NCBI RefSeq assembly: GCF_006345805.1
Contig: NW_021832844.1
Span: 130,430-194,429 of the forward strand
Reading direction: 5' to 3'
Source: Octopus sinensis
Lineage: Eukaryota
DNA length: 64,000 nt
The notes beneath the pieces were generated by a model. That model saw only the letters and a program-made list of their open reading frames with translations. It was not told where the DNA came from and searched no databases. A program made the translations under genes and the position numbers. Within the stretch, counting starts at the first letter, position 1; the number at the start of each line of letters is the position of its first letter. Shown piece after piece: positions 12,401-24,269 of the stretch.

Positions 12401-15126
12401 TTTGATGCTGACTTTTCTGAATTCATCTCCAAACCAACAGTTTTAAAGAATCCATCAACAGCTTCCATCATTTTAATTACTACATCTTCTTTAAGAGCGA
12501 ATATCTTTAGGTCGTCAATGAAGAACAAATGATTAGTAGAATAGGTCAACATATTTGGGTCCTGTTGATTAATCTGAACCTTTGGAAACATGGCATTAAG
12601 AATCCTGCTTAGTGGGTCCATCACCATAACAAACAGTTGCGGAGATAACGAGTCTCCTTGTAAAATCCCTCGGTTCAACTTTACAGAACCAATTCTCCTT
12701 CCGTCAACATGGAGCTTTACAGTCCACATTCGTACAGTCCTTTTCACAAAGTTAACAATCCATAAAGGTATCCCAGAGCACTCCAACACATGAAATAGAA
12801 AGTCATGGTCAACAGAATCGAAAGCCTTCTTGACATCAATCCATGCAGAGTATAGCCCATTTCCATACTCTTTATTTAGGAATTGGTTAATAAGGGCCTG
12901 TTCTTTAGCACCCTGACACTGTCTCCTCGTACCAAGTTGATTGTCGGAAATTAAGCCAAATACATCCATGAACTCAGACAGTTTTCCATTAACACACTTG
13001 GTAACTAACTTATAAAGTGTCGACATGCATGTTATAGGCCGTAAATCTTTCGGGGTCTCACAATCGTTCTTTTTAGGAATTAGATATGTAATTCCAGTAT
13101 AAAACCAGTTTTCTGGCATGTAATCACCGTTGATTATTTTCTTGATTTCAACACATAAAAATTCATGCAGAGATTCTAGTCTTTTAATGAAGAAATTATA
13201 TATTCCGTCACATCCCGGTGCCTTCCAGTCAGGAAGATATTTAATGATCTCCATTATGTAATTATTTGTTAAATCTGGCAACATGTCTTCACTGCCGGTT
13301 ATTCTTTTATTAACATTGCCCAGTGGCACGGATATTTCGCGCCTTTTGCTCCATAAGTATGTGGAAATATATAATCTAATCTCTGAGTGTCAAAACTGTT
13401 GTGTGAACAGGTCACATGAGTACAAATTATTTTCTTCATGGGTAGACGTAAAAAAAGCCTTTGGCTCAATCAATCACGAATTCCTTGCAATGATTCTGAA
13501 AAACTCCGGGCTTCCTGAATGGATAACAAAGTTTTTAATGTCAAACATTCCAAATTGGAAGGTCTCCCTCAAATTAGGAAAGCAGCATCTAGGAATTGTT
13601 GACATAGAACGTGGAATACTCCAAGGAGATTCCCTGTCTCCTCAGTTGTTTATTTTGACTTTGGATCCGTTGAGCAGATTGTTATCAGCTAAATACCCAA
13701 ATTTATCAGTCAATACCGATCAAGAAAATTCAGTGTTTTTTTCTGCGAACCATTTTTTGTTCATTGATGATTTGAAATTGCTCGCCAAAGATGAGGTCAC
13801 ACTCGGGTGTATGATGAAAGACGTGGATTTATTTTTTAAAGCTTCGGGTTTGGAAAACAATTGTGAGAAGTCGGCAACAAATATGTTGTTTATTAAGAAA
13901 TGATGCCAAGCTGCTGGATGGACTGGATAGTTACCGTTATTTGGGTGTATTGGAAAATAAGTTTAGTCAGGTTGTTAAAGAAGAAGTTTTGAAAAATTTA
14001 CGGATTGAGGTTCAACAACGTATCGAAAGATTGTCGAAGACGAAACTAAATTCGGTGAATTTGTTTAAGGCAATTAATGAACATGCTTTATCTTTGTACA
14101 ATTATTATATCGGCCTTCTGGATTTGGAACCGTCCGCTTTTGATAAAATTGATAAATTTGTCAGTATCTACCGCCAGTACTTCGAACAATAAATTTAAGA
14201 TCAATTAATAAGTAAATTATCTCAAAAAATAGAATTCTAGTGTGAATTTCTATTTTTATGTGATGATTTAGCTTGGTGGATCTAAATATTCATATGAAAC
14301 CAGCCTGTAAGGAGAGGCTATATTTGCCGAGGGATAAACTTGGAAGAGGGCTTGCCTCAATTACCTTCAGGTCGGAAAAAATGCTGTTCAACTTTCGTGA
14401 AAATCTGGAGAGGCGAAAGTTAATCTCCCCAAGAAAGGCAGCAATTCTGTGGGCCGAGCAGAAAAGAAAGTCCCATATGGCCACGATCACAGAATTCCTG
14501 CATTGTAAATATAGAACGAACACCCAAGGAGAGATAACCAAATCACTGAGTAGATTGCAGATTGATTCCTTACTGTCCAATATCAAGAAGAAAACACTTC
14601 ACTCGAAGCTATCTGAATCCCTTGATGATAACAATTTTGATATTCAATCGTCTTCAACATGGCTTAAGAAAGGGAATATATCTCCTAAATCTGAAGCTAT
14701 GTTTTCATTTCTTCAAGACAGGAATATTTTTTCAGAGACCCTAATTCAAAATGTCCACACTGTAAATCTCCCAATAAAACGGTTGATCACATGGCAACTA
14801 GATGCAACAGGATGCTTAATTCGGATTATACGAGGAGACACAATGAAATTGTGAGATGCATCCACATGCACTTGTGCCGTAGATTTGGATTCAACAAATC
14901 CAGAAGACTGAAAAATCACTCTGTCCAGAGTATTATGTGCAACACCTTGGCAGAAATACGAGTTGATACAACAATTACAACAGAGTTGAAAATTCAATAT
15001 AACAAACCTGACATTTTCCTCTACGACAAAAGAGAGAACCTAATATGGCTTATTGAAGTGGGTGTGACTTCAATAGATAACCTAAAGAGTGTGGAAGTAG
15101 AAAAACTGCACAAATACGACATTTAA
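9499..15126 (+). mobile_element. R4-clade element A, possibly near full-length, interrupted by antisense element B (10820-13390) and a 110-bp insert (14163-14272), truncated at the 3' end
   Basis: Frameshifted ORFs 9283..10086, 10211..10438 (FRKDNRNFELYRKSFYRRL), 10460..10828, 13283..13903 (GILQGDSLSPQLF, FIDDLKL), 13863..14192, 14273..14854 and 14791..15126 (HNEIVRC..NKPDIFL..IEVGVT..EKLHKYD) are collinear with one R4 protein. Confidence 0.88.
10820..13390 (-). mobile_element. R4-clade element B, 5'-truncated, RT+CCHC+RLE with one frameshift near 11716
   Basis: ORFs 11716..13329 (WKAPG, GILQGDSLSPQLF, FFIDDLK) and 10950..11687 (CSHC..DHLATQC, HNEVVKC, NKPDIFV..IEVGIT). aataaaaa-type 3' end at about 10820. 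Confidence 0.9.
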
Positions 15127-15439
15127 CATTACATTTGGAATAATAGTTCTAACAAGATAAACCACAATAAATTTAAGATCAATTAATAAGTAAATTATCT
15201 CCAAAAATAGAATTCTAGTGTGAATTTCTATTTTTTTATGTGATGATTTAGCTTGGTGTACTAATTAAAAATTGTAAAAAAATTTGTCATTAATACTTAT
15301 GAATTAGCTCTTTTAGATTTATAAATGAATAGTCACAAAATTAAATTATTTAATTATAAAGTATTATATTTTTACAGTTTAAAGATTTAGTATCAGCAAA
15401 ATGTTTAAATAAATTAATCTAATTTAAGAAATCGTGTTA

Positions 15440-18333
15440 ATGGAGGAATCACTGCCAATATTAAGTGCACCCCAAACAGTTCCAAAAATATTTCAAATAG
15501 CTAGAGTTCGCCAAAAAGAAGCCTCGGGACACTGGGAGGGGTCTATGGTCCAGTAACCCTCGGAATGCTGGGCAGTGTCATTTTCTTGAGAATCGGTGTG
15601 ATTGACCTTCATCAATAAAATAGGATACATTGTGGGAAATAGCGGAATCGGGAATTCTTTACTGATTATTGGAATTTCATTTTCTATTGTTCTTTGTACA
15701 GTTCTTTCAATATGTGCAATCTCCACCAATGGAGACATTAGCGGAGGGGGAACTTATTGTAAAAAAATTTGTCACTAATACTTAGACATGGTCAGTCGAA
15801 CTCTGGGACCAGAACTCGGCGGAGTCGTTGGAGTGATGTTGTTCCTGGCCCAAGTAGTAGCTGCGAGTTTATATATTCTGTCCTCAGTAGAAGTCATATT
15901 ACAGAATTATTCTAAATATCTAATTCATGGTTGTTTTTAGAATTTTTTATATTCTAGGAAATGTATTTGGTCATTGGGACATTTACAAGTATGCATCAGT
16001 CATTGCTGCTTTCTGTCTGCTTGTCTCTTTGGTCGGAGGAAAGATGTTTAGTCGATTTACTAACTTTATTGTTATGGTATGCTCTTGTAACTCACTCAAG
16101 ATTGTTATTTTGTGTATTTCCAGCGTAGTGGTATCATTTGCGTTCCAAAAATCTAAAGCCGTGGCAATTCCACGAAATAATATTATTGTATATCGTCTAA
16201 AAAACATAACAACTATATACGCAAATTACACTAGAATGTCTTTGAATACCTGTAAAGAAAATTTTTATTGTTGTATATTACGTAATAATCTCAGCAAGAT
16301 ATTCTCTTGATTACACATCTCTAAAAAGGACGAACTTTGGAGTCATATTTGCCATTTTCTTCACTGGGATGACCGGAATCACCAATGGGGTCAATCTTTC
16401 TGGTATTAAGTTTTCTAACTGCAGGTGAGTTGTCTACCCCGTCTTACAGCATTCCTGTTGGCACACTTTTTTCCTTCTTATCTGTTTCAGTTTTATATAT
16501 TTTACTTGTGATACTGACTGGCTGCACGTGTGATAAGTCTATTCCAATATATCACTAATTGTAGTTTTTTACTCCAAAACAACTATGATTATATGAAAGA
16601 TGTCAACTTACTGCCCTGGTCCATTGTTTTGGGACAATTTGCCACGTGTCTGTCCGCCTCTTTGGCCTCTCTATTTGGTGCCTCGCGAATATTAAAAGCA
16701 ATAGCTGATGATGACATTTTTTGTATTTGTTTTCTATATCTTTAGGGAATGGACTTGTTTTTATAAAACGTTTAGTCTTGTTTGGAAATCCCGTGGGGAG
16801 TGTATGTTTCTCATACGTCCTCGTACAGTTATTCATGCTTGTTGGTTCTCTCAATGCTATGGCTCCTCTTTCGACGACGGTATTTCTAATTTGCTACTCC
16901 TCACTTAACCTTTCTTGTTTTGTCCTCCTTGTTGCAAAGGCACCAAACTTTAGGTTTTTGGGTCATTTAATACTCAGACCAACTTTCAAATATTTTCATT
17001 GGTCCACGTGCCTCTCTGGGTTGATATCTTCGTTGCTAATGATGTTTGTGGTTAACCCCATATATGGGGGAGTATGCATAGTTGTGTTTGTCGTACTTGT
17101 GATTTTGATGCATTTACGTACATATGATATTCAATGGGGAAATATCGGACAGGCCATAATATTTTTTATAGTAAATGTTTATATATATATTTTGGTTCGT
17201 AAATATCTACTGATGCTCGACAGTCAAAAAGATCACGTCAAATTCTGGCGTCCTCAAATAATTTTGTTTGTATCAGCATCGGGGAAATCAGATAGTGCAA
17301 TTATATTCACAAATCTACTCAAAAAGAGCGGATTATTTATAATTGGACACGTCTTTGTCGGAGACTATGACAGCCTGATGTATTTTCCCTTGAATGTATC
17401 CACCATTTCCACCTTTTAGGAACTGAATTCATGGAGTAGATACATAAGGCAACTCTCTGTAAAAGCATTCCCAAATCTAACTGTGGCTCGGTCTCTGTCT
17501 GAAGGTGTTTTGTAAATTTAATTTCTAAAGGGATATTCAACATGACTTTTTTGTCGGGACTCGGAGGAATGAAACCAAATATCGTGGCATTTGGCTTTTA
17601 TACTCCTTACTCTCACAGATCACACGAGACAACTTCGCATTTTGAAAATGAATGTTACCCACAAACAAGTTCTTGGTACAGTCTGGAGGAATATTTTCAA
17701 ATAATTGGGAAACTTATAAATTTGGGAGTTTTTCTCAATCTTATATATTTTAGAAAAGTATTTGCATTTTACGAAATTTTGAAGATTTCAAATTGCCCAT
17801 AGAGAAACATTCATGTAAAATAAATGTATGGTTATTCGACTTTTTCGGGGAAGGGGTCCCTTCTTTGGATGATATTCGAGTAAATTTCTTACTGCAAATG
17901 GGCTGCATTCTCAATATGACCAGGCCTATCCGTCCACGTTCCGAGCTGACGATATTCATTCCATGTCTAGAAAAAACAGATCCTAAAAATGAAGAGGATG
18001 AGCTAAAGGCATTGTTTAATAGTCTTCGAATTAGAGGAACTATTTGGTTCTCTATTTTATAATTTATTTATCAGTTGGGTTTGTGGGGACACATATTTTT
18101 CAGCACGCAATGCGCTCTATTTTCCGACGGATGCGTCCGACGTAATAAGAGTCGCACAACTAATTGAGGACCATCAGAAATCAGCCATAACCAATCTAAT
18201 TCAACTGCCAAATCTTCCCTCGGATGAGAAATGTTATCTTCAGTATTACAATGTATTGAACGAAATGACGAGAAATTGCAAAAATGTAGTTTTTTTACAT
18301 GGAAGTTCATTCGTTACTACAACTCAATTTTAA
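15440..18333 (+). CDS. SLC12A9: SLC12A9-like cation-chloride cotransporter family protein, multi-exon, copy 1 (apparent 2-nt insertion in exon 1)
   Basis: Spliced translation [92 protein letters not shown]; C-terminus VVFLHGSSFVTTTQF*. Introns include 15596-15623 (28 nt) and 15759-15785 (27 nt). Confidence 0.88.
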
Positions 18334-18389
18334 AATTATTTTGATAATAATTGTGTCATTATTTAACTAATAAATAACTGAAAAGAGTA

Positions 18390-19130
18390 ATTTTCGGGTT
18401 TGCTCAGTCGACCATTTGGCAACTCGATGCAATATAATTCCGATTATACAAGGCGACATAACGAAATTGTTAAATGAATACACATGCACCTATGCAGAAA
18501 ATTTGGATTCAAAAAATCAAAAAGGTTAAAGACTCACTCTACCCAAAGCGTAATTACCAATGATCGTGCTGAATTACGAGTTGACACTACTATCCCTACC
18601 GAATCAAAAATTCAATATAACAAGCCGGACATTTTTCTATAGGACAAAAAATTAAACCACATATGACTAATAGAGATTGGAGTGACGTGTGTGGATAATT
18701 TAAAGCAGTTAAAGTTGAAAAACTTCATAAATATGATATCTTGGCAAGTGAATTAGAAATCATTTACAAAGCCAAAGTCAAAATACCTCCGATTGTCATT
18801 ACCTGGGATGTAATCACCTCCAAATATTTTAAAATATACATGGATTTGATTCGCATTAAAGACAGTGATCTGGCGTATATCCAAACGATTGCATTAAAGA
18901 AGACGTTGGAAGGAATGTTCGTAGAATATAAACATGGTTTCGAAGACATAATGACTAAAGCATTGATTCTCTACAAAGATTATGCAGTGTGGAACACTCA
19001 CCAAAGGGGAGCTAACTCGATGAAGAGGAGACATGATGAGGTGACAGAAAACGAATACAAAATAATAGCAAGAGGATCACGAAAGGTTATGGCGCTGTTC
19101 AGGGAGGCCCAAGACCAGTAAATTGAAAAT
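18390..19130 (+). mobile_element. Degenerate 3' remnant of an R4-clade element (RLE domain)
   Basis: DHLATRC, YNKPDIF, IEIGVT, KLHKYDILASELEIIYK..ITWD..IQTIALKKTLE, with stops and frameshifts. Confidence 0.8.
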
Positions 19131-19199
19131 TTTAATTAATCTAACTTTTAATTCACGCTTTATTTTTTAAGTCTGGTTTGATCAAATATCCAGGTTTGC

Positions 19200-19450
19200 T
19201 AATTATTAAAAAAACAGACAAATATCAAAATGCATGATTCCCTTCAGGAGTCCGTCTGGTCGTTCCCAATGCCTTTGAGACCAGCGGTTTCATTAATAAG
19301 TCTGCACGTGACCTTCTAACAGAGATAAAGGCACAAATCTCCTCCAAAACGTTTGACCACTAAAAGATGAGTTGACTATTCCAAATGATCTTGTTTGCCA
19401 TCCTCCAAGGAAATTGTTTGTCAATCCTTTCGCCGGCGTGTCTGAATTAG
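19200..19450 (+). mobile_element. Degenerate CRE-clade 3' remnant
   Basis: KYQNA..VPNAFETSGFINKSARDLL..LFQMILFAILQGNCLSIL is homologous to the CRE C-terminus. Confidence 0.6.
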
Positions 19451-19699
19451 TTCTAATTGTTTGTTTTTCAATTCACTTGTTCGCTTAAAAAAAATATTGA
19501 GAAAATTATTAAAGTGGCAAAATTTTTATAGGATAAAATGAATTGATTTTGATATTATACACGAAACGCGACAATAAAACGTCAAGTTTTTATCCCCCTT
19601 GTGCCGCGCCCTGGACGATTTTCTTTGTTGTTTCACGCTCTTTTTGAAACTGAAATTTTTCAAAAATCTAGTCGTATTTTAGCATCAGTATTTTCTAGT

Positions 19700-19990
19700 C
19701 GTATTTCAACATTTCCAGACCGTTTTGCATAAATAACGGCAGAGTTGTGCATGATCTGTTCAAAAACAACCAGTGCTTAAAAAGTACAACTCCATTAACT
19801 GGTTTGTAGGAGCGGCAAGATCCATTCTCAGGATATGTCTATCTAGTCCCGATCGAGCATTTCTTATAGTGATTTCCAAGCATTCAAACTTACATTTAGC
19901 GTTTAGGCTCTTGCTGCTGCTTATTTTTAGATAACGTATCTCCAGTATGCATTTTAGTTGTGGTCTGTGAAAGGCGTCTATTTTTGAAGT
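19700..19990 (-). mobile_element. Degenerate RTE-like LINE remnant
   Basis: RHILRMDLAAPTNQLMELYF matches GHILRMDMLAPANIAMEGYF of ORF 31620..32654. Confidence 0.55.
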
Positions 19991-20134
19991 AGTTTTCTAA
20001 TATTATAAAAATTAATCTTAAAACAAATTTTTAATTTAAATAGTTATTATAAATTTTAAATGAAATTAAAGCTGTAATATAATTTGTTTAGCCAAAACTA
20101 TATAGAATATTAAACTCAAAAGTTAGTTGGTGAT

Positions 20135-22971
20135 ATGGAGAACATAAACACAGTGGTTGTTAACACTGGATCAATAAATGATCTGGCAACTAGTCCCATC
20201 TCTGATACTACAATAGTAGAATCCCATTCCTCACAAAATGTTCAAAATCTCACGGAAGAGTACATAAAAGAAAACAAAGAACTCGACCGAGCTGTTATTT
20301 ATATCAAAAAAGTAAAGGTACATTATATCAGCTTCAACTCACTGCAGGATCACTTAAAGAACGATCCGGAAATCTATTCCGAGTTCCTAAAGGCCATGTC
20401 TAAATACCAAAACGATATCACTGCAAGTACCCCAGAAACTAAAGGATGGCTGTTCAAACCAGAAGACGATTTTTTGAATACTGTGAATGACCTTCTCAAG
20501 GGAAATGATTCCCTCATTGACGAATTTTTTGAGTTTTTACCCACAAATCGGCGGTCTCTGTTTGCAAACGAATTCGTGCGATGTCATGATTTGGGAGAAT
20601 CAATGAGAAATATTTTATTGCCTTTTACTCTTCATTCCAAGGCAATGGCGCACGAGGAAAGGGACAAGACATTGCAGAGACTGTGGCAAGACAATTCTCC
20701 TATCAAAACCAAAAAGCCTTTAAAGACTCAAAAAATCATCCAAATTGACAAATCTCCTCAGTTTTCAATACCCAGAATAGAATGTACGTCAGAGTCGTGT
20801 TTTTTCAACATTGTTCGACACGTTCTTAATAATGATGCTGTCTTTGAAAATTTCCTACGAACCATTGTACTATACATGGACGGACTGAGTGATTATAATG
20901 GAGTGATTTCACAAATTACGAAATTTCTCGGACCATACCCGTCTCTTTTGAGCACATTCAAGTCTTTGTGTTGGGACTGGGAGGGCAGTAACGGCGAAAG
21001 GACTAGAAAGGATGTCATTTGTGATTCCTCCAAACTTGAAGATTTTCCTCCTGATGGGGACTGTCCAAGTTACAAGCGGAAGTACAATGGAGATGTCCAG
21101 AATAGTGGGGTATTTTCTGAAGTGAGAGTTATCGTGATTATCCAAAGGTTCTCAATTCTACATTCGTATGTGTATCGGCTGGTGACGAAGACGGTCGGCG
21201 GAATACTAATTCCAAAAAGAACTACTACGAGGAACAGCTGGCTAAGTATGTCTTTTAGTTTAGTTTATTCTACTTTGAATATTAAGCATCTTTTTAGAGT
21301 CGAAGAAGAGCGATTTGAGCTTGACTATCAAATAACAAATTTGTTTGAAGGAATTCATTGTCTTCGGGTGATAATGGAAAAAATTTTGGCAACGGAAGAC
21401 CCTGAAAAAGTCTCGCTTCCACCATCACTCGAATTAGAGTCCCCAATGTTAATATACGCTCTCCTTTACAGGTTATTTATTAGTTCTATAATTACAGAAC
21501 ATATCGAGACGCCTCTTTAGCAGTCATGGAAAGTATGGCCAAAATGCCATATAAAGTCATTCCCGTCGTTATTGCACGGTATTGGTCTTTTTATTGACTT
21601 GTAGTTTAACTGCCACTCAGGCTGATTTGATTAAGAAGAAGGAGGACATGACAGACGACTGGAGGAATACACAGAAAAAGGCCCATCTGAGAGCGTTGGA
21701 TTCTCAGAGTGCACAATTCAAGCAAAACGATGTAAAGAATTTTTCAACTGACTATTTGATGGGTGAAATGAAGTCTCGACTGGTTTTTATTTGAGGACCA
21801 TTTTGTAGAAAGACAAGCACCCTGGGAGTCACTCTCATTTCAAAATGGACTACAGCGATCAGGATGTCATGTCAGACTCAGCAGATTTGATAATTTATTA
21901 TATTAAACATAAAAATGAGCCAGACTGTTCAGACGACTATGTTGATAATGCAATGTACATACTCTACAAATTTATTCCCAATTTGTTTTGTATTGGTCGA
22001 GATAAAAGTTAGTCTTGTCTATATTTTTTAGCTCAAAATGGCCAAGTTCAAAAAAGTGATTTATTTCATTGTGGGAAACATTGGTATTATTTCTTTCGTA
22101 TATACGAACTGTTGTGCAGTCGTCTTTCACAACTACAAAGGGCAGCATGCTTAATTCCTTCATACGACACAGGTAATGAGAGCTTGAATTACTCTCAGAG
22201 TGTACTAAACCGGAAATTTGTTATATTCGATGCATAGGCTTGATCCAGCAATTCATAACGAAAGTGATTGACTCAAACAAGTTTGAGGACGGAATTAGGG
22301 GGATTCTGGGAGTCAAGTCATTTCACATATTCACAGTTGACAAACTGATTGCTGCAATTGCCAAACATGTATTTATGTTCTGTTGATAATAGCTTAAACG
22401 AATGATTGCCGGAGAGTCAACTGGCACCTCGTTCGTGAAAATATATTTTGACAGGTCCTACGATACTGAACTCGCGCCAGAACTATCTGCTGTTCCACTT
22501 TTGTTTAAATGTTCATTTGTAAGTTGTTGGCTTTTTTAGTTTTTAGACGAGAAATCCTCTTGTTCTTGAGATTTCATATCTTCGTCGTCTCAAAATATCT
22601 CCGATAACAAAGAACAGTTTCTTCAATCAATTGAAGCCTAATTTAACTCCATATCTTGGAAGGTTTTTGTTCATCTTGTTAAGTTTAGGAACTTGCGCAA
22701 GTCACTGAATGTAATTAAAAGTCGGTTTGGATACAGTTCTGAGAAATATGTTCAGAACGGTGATTTTATATAAATTATACATAGAGATATTATTTGACGG
22801 GAAGTGTCAGGGTGATGATCACATGTGTTTTAGAATGAAGAATCGTAATTTGATCAAGAAAAATGTAAGTTATCTTAATTTTTTTAGTTTCTTCAGTCGA
22901 GACAGGGAATTAGTGCAGGAAAGTCAGAAATATTTGATTGGCTTCATATTGTTTACTGTATGAATAAATAA
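20135..22971 (+). CDS. SIN3: Sin3 paired-amphipathic-helix co-repressor, multi-exon, copy 1 (3' end approximate)
   Basis: PAH2-like LDRAVIYIKKVK-DHLKNDPEIYSEF..EFFEFLP; PAH3-like FFNIVRHVL..FENFLRTIVLY; HID VLNSTFV..SKKNYYEEQLAK-VEEERFELD; WRNTQKKAHLRALDSQSAQFKQND; FEDGIRGILG..FTVDKLI. Introns include 20318-20347, 21122-21147 and 21246-21297. Confidence 0.88.
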
Positions 22972-23073
22972 GTTTAAAAAACTGCGTTCATTTGTTTTGA
23001 GAGGATAGTGAATTAGCTATCTGGTATCTAGCCAAAACGTGGTAATCATGTGCGTGTTGATTTTTGAATTATA

Positions 23074-24254
23074 CAGTAAACATCGGTTAATTGCATAACA
23101 TTTGTCCACGGAAAATCTTATGCAATTAACCGATATATGCAATTAACCGATGTTTTAATAAAAATCAATAATTTTTTTAATAGTCAAGAAAAGAAAATAA
23201 TCAAAAACGTTTAAAAAAATCATTAATTTTGGACTGTCTAGTCTTCTGGCAAAGGCGTAGGACACTTTTTTCTAGTTCATAGAAGTTTTCCATATCCATT
23301 TCACTTGTTAAATCGCTGTTAGTAAGAAACTGGCGTATTAATCTGCATGCACCCATAGCCTCCGAACTGGTTGTTTTCACGGGTATGGGATCTTCATCGT
23401 CCTCATCATCTTCACAAGAAATATCTCTTGACATTAAACATATTTCTTCATCGTACATGATTCCGATACATTCTTCATCCTCATTAGCAACATCCATCGT
23501 TATTTCGTTACATTCAATGTCACTAAACATATTTTCCCCCACTTCCTCATGGAATCCAGCCTTACGGAAACAGTTGTAAATTGTTGCTATTTTGACTTCC
23601 CTCCAAACCATTTTGAGCATGTGTAGCGCATCCAAAAGAGTGATAGAATTCACAACGGATTTGAGACAGGCATCGTCTGAATCAATTACGGCAATCACTC
23701 TTTGTAAAAATGCCAATCTGTAGTTGTGCTTTAGACTTTTTATGATCCCCATATCACATGGCTGAATGCATGCGGATGTGTTTGGTGGAATAAAATACAA
23801 TTTAACATTTCTTCCCATCGCGTCGTCTTTTTCGACTCAAATTGATGCAATTAGATTCAGCCAATAGCATAATTTCTTCTCTATTCTTCAAAATCCGTGA
23901 GACTTGAGACTGAGAACAGTTAAATCTTGCAGATAGAGCTGATTGAGTTTGACCTCCTTGAATAAACAAATTGATTATTTCCAATTTTTGAGAAAATGTA
24001 AGATCACGACGTAACGAAGATGACATGTGTAATAATAATTAAATTTTAAAATTACAAATTATAATTATGCAATTATGCGAAAATTTTTATAAGAAAAAAT
24101 AGTAAATGTTCCCAATGAGAGTATGCAATTAACCGATATGCAATTAGCCGATATTTTTTCAATGGAAACCATATAAGTTATGGTTTTAAACATGAATTTA
24201 TGCCATTAACCGATTTATGCAATTAACCGATATGCAATTAACCGATGTTTACTG
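23074..24254 (-). mobile_element. pogo/Tigger-like transposon, internally deleted (1181 bp), copy 1
   Basis: TIRs cagtaaacatcggttaattgcata, TA TSD on both sides, subterminal tatgcaattaaccga repeats. An HTH_psq-like N-terminus (23802..24026) is fused to the DDE C-terminus (FIPPNTSACIQPCDMGII). Confidence 0.9.
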
Positions 24255-24269
24255 TACTTTCCTCTCCCC

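Noticed and set aside
9049-19121. Frequent in-frame stops suggesting a non-standard genetic code
   Set aside because: Stops of all three types occur in decayed TEs along with frameshifts, while host exons translate cleanly in the standard code once micro-introns are removed.
20135-21520. Single-exon 461-aa protein as given by the ORF track
   Set aside because: Alignment to Sin3 motifs requires removing three introns, and the gene continues for about 1.4 kb further.
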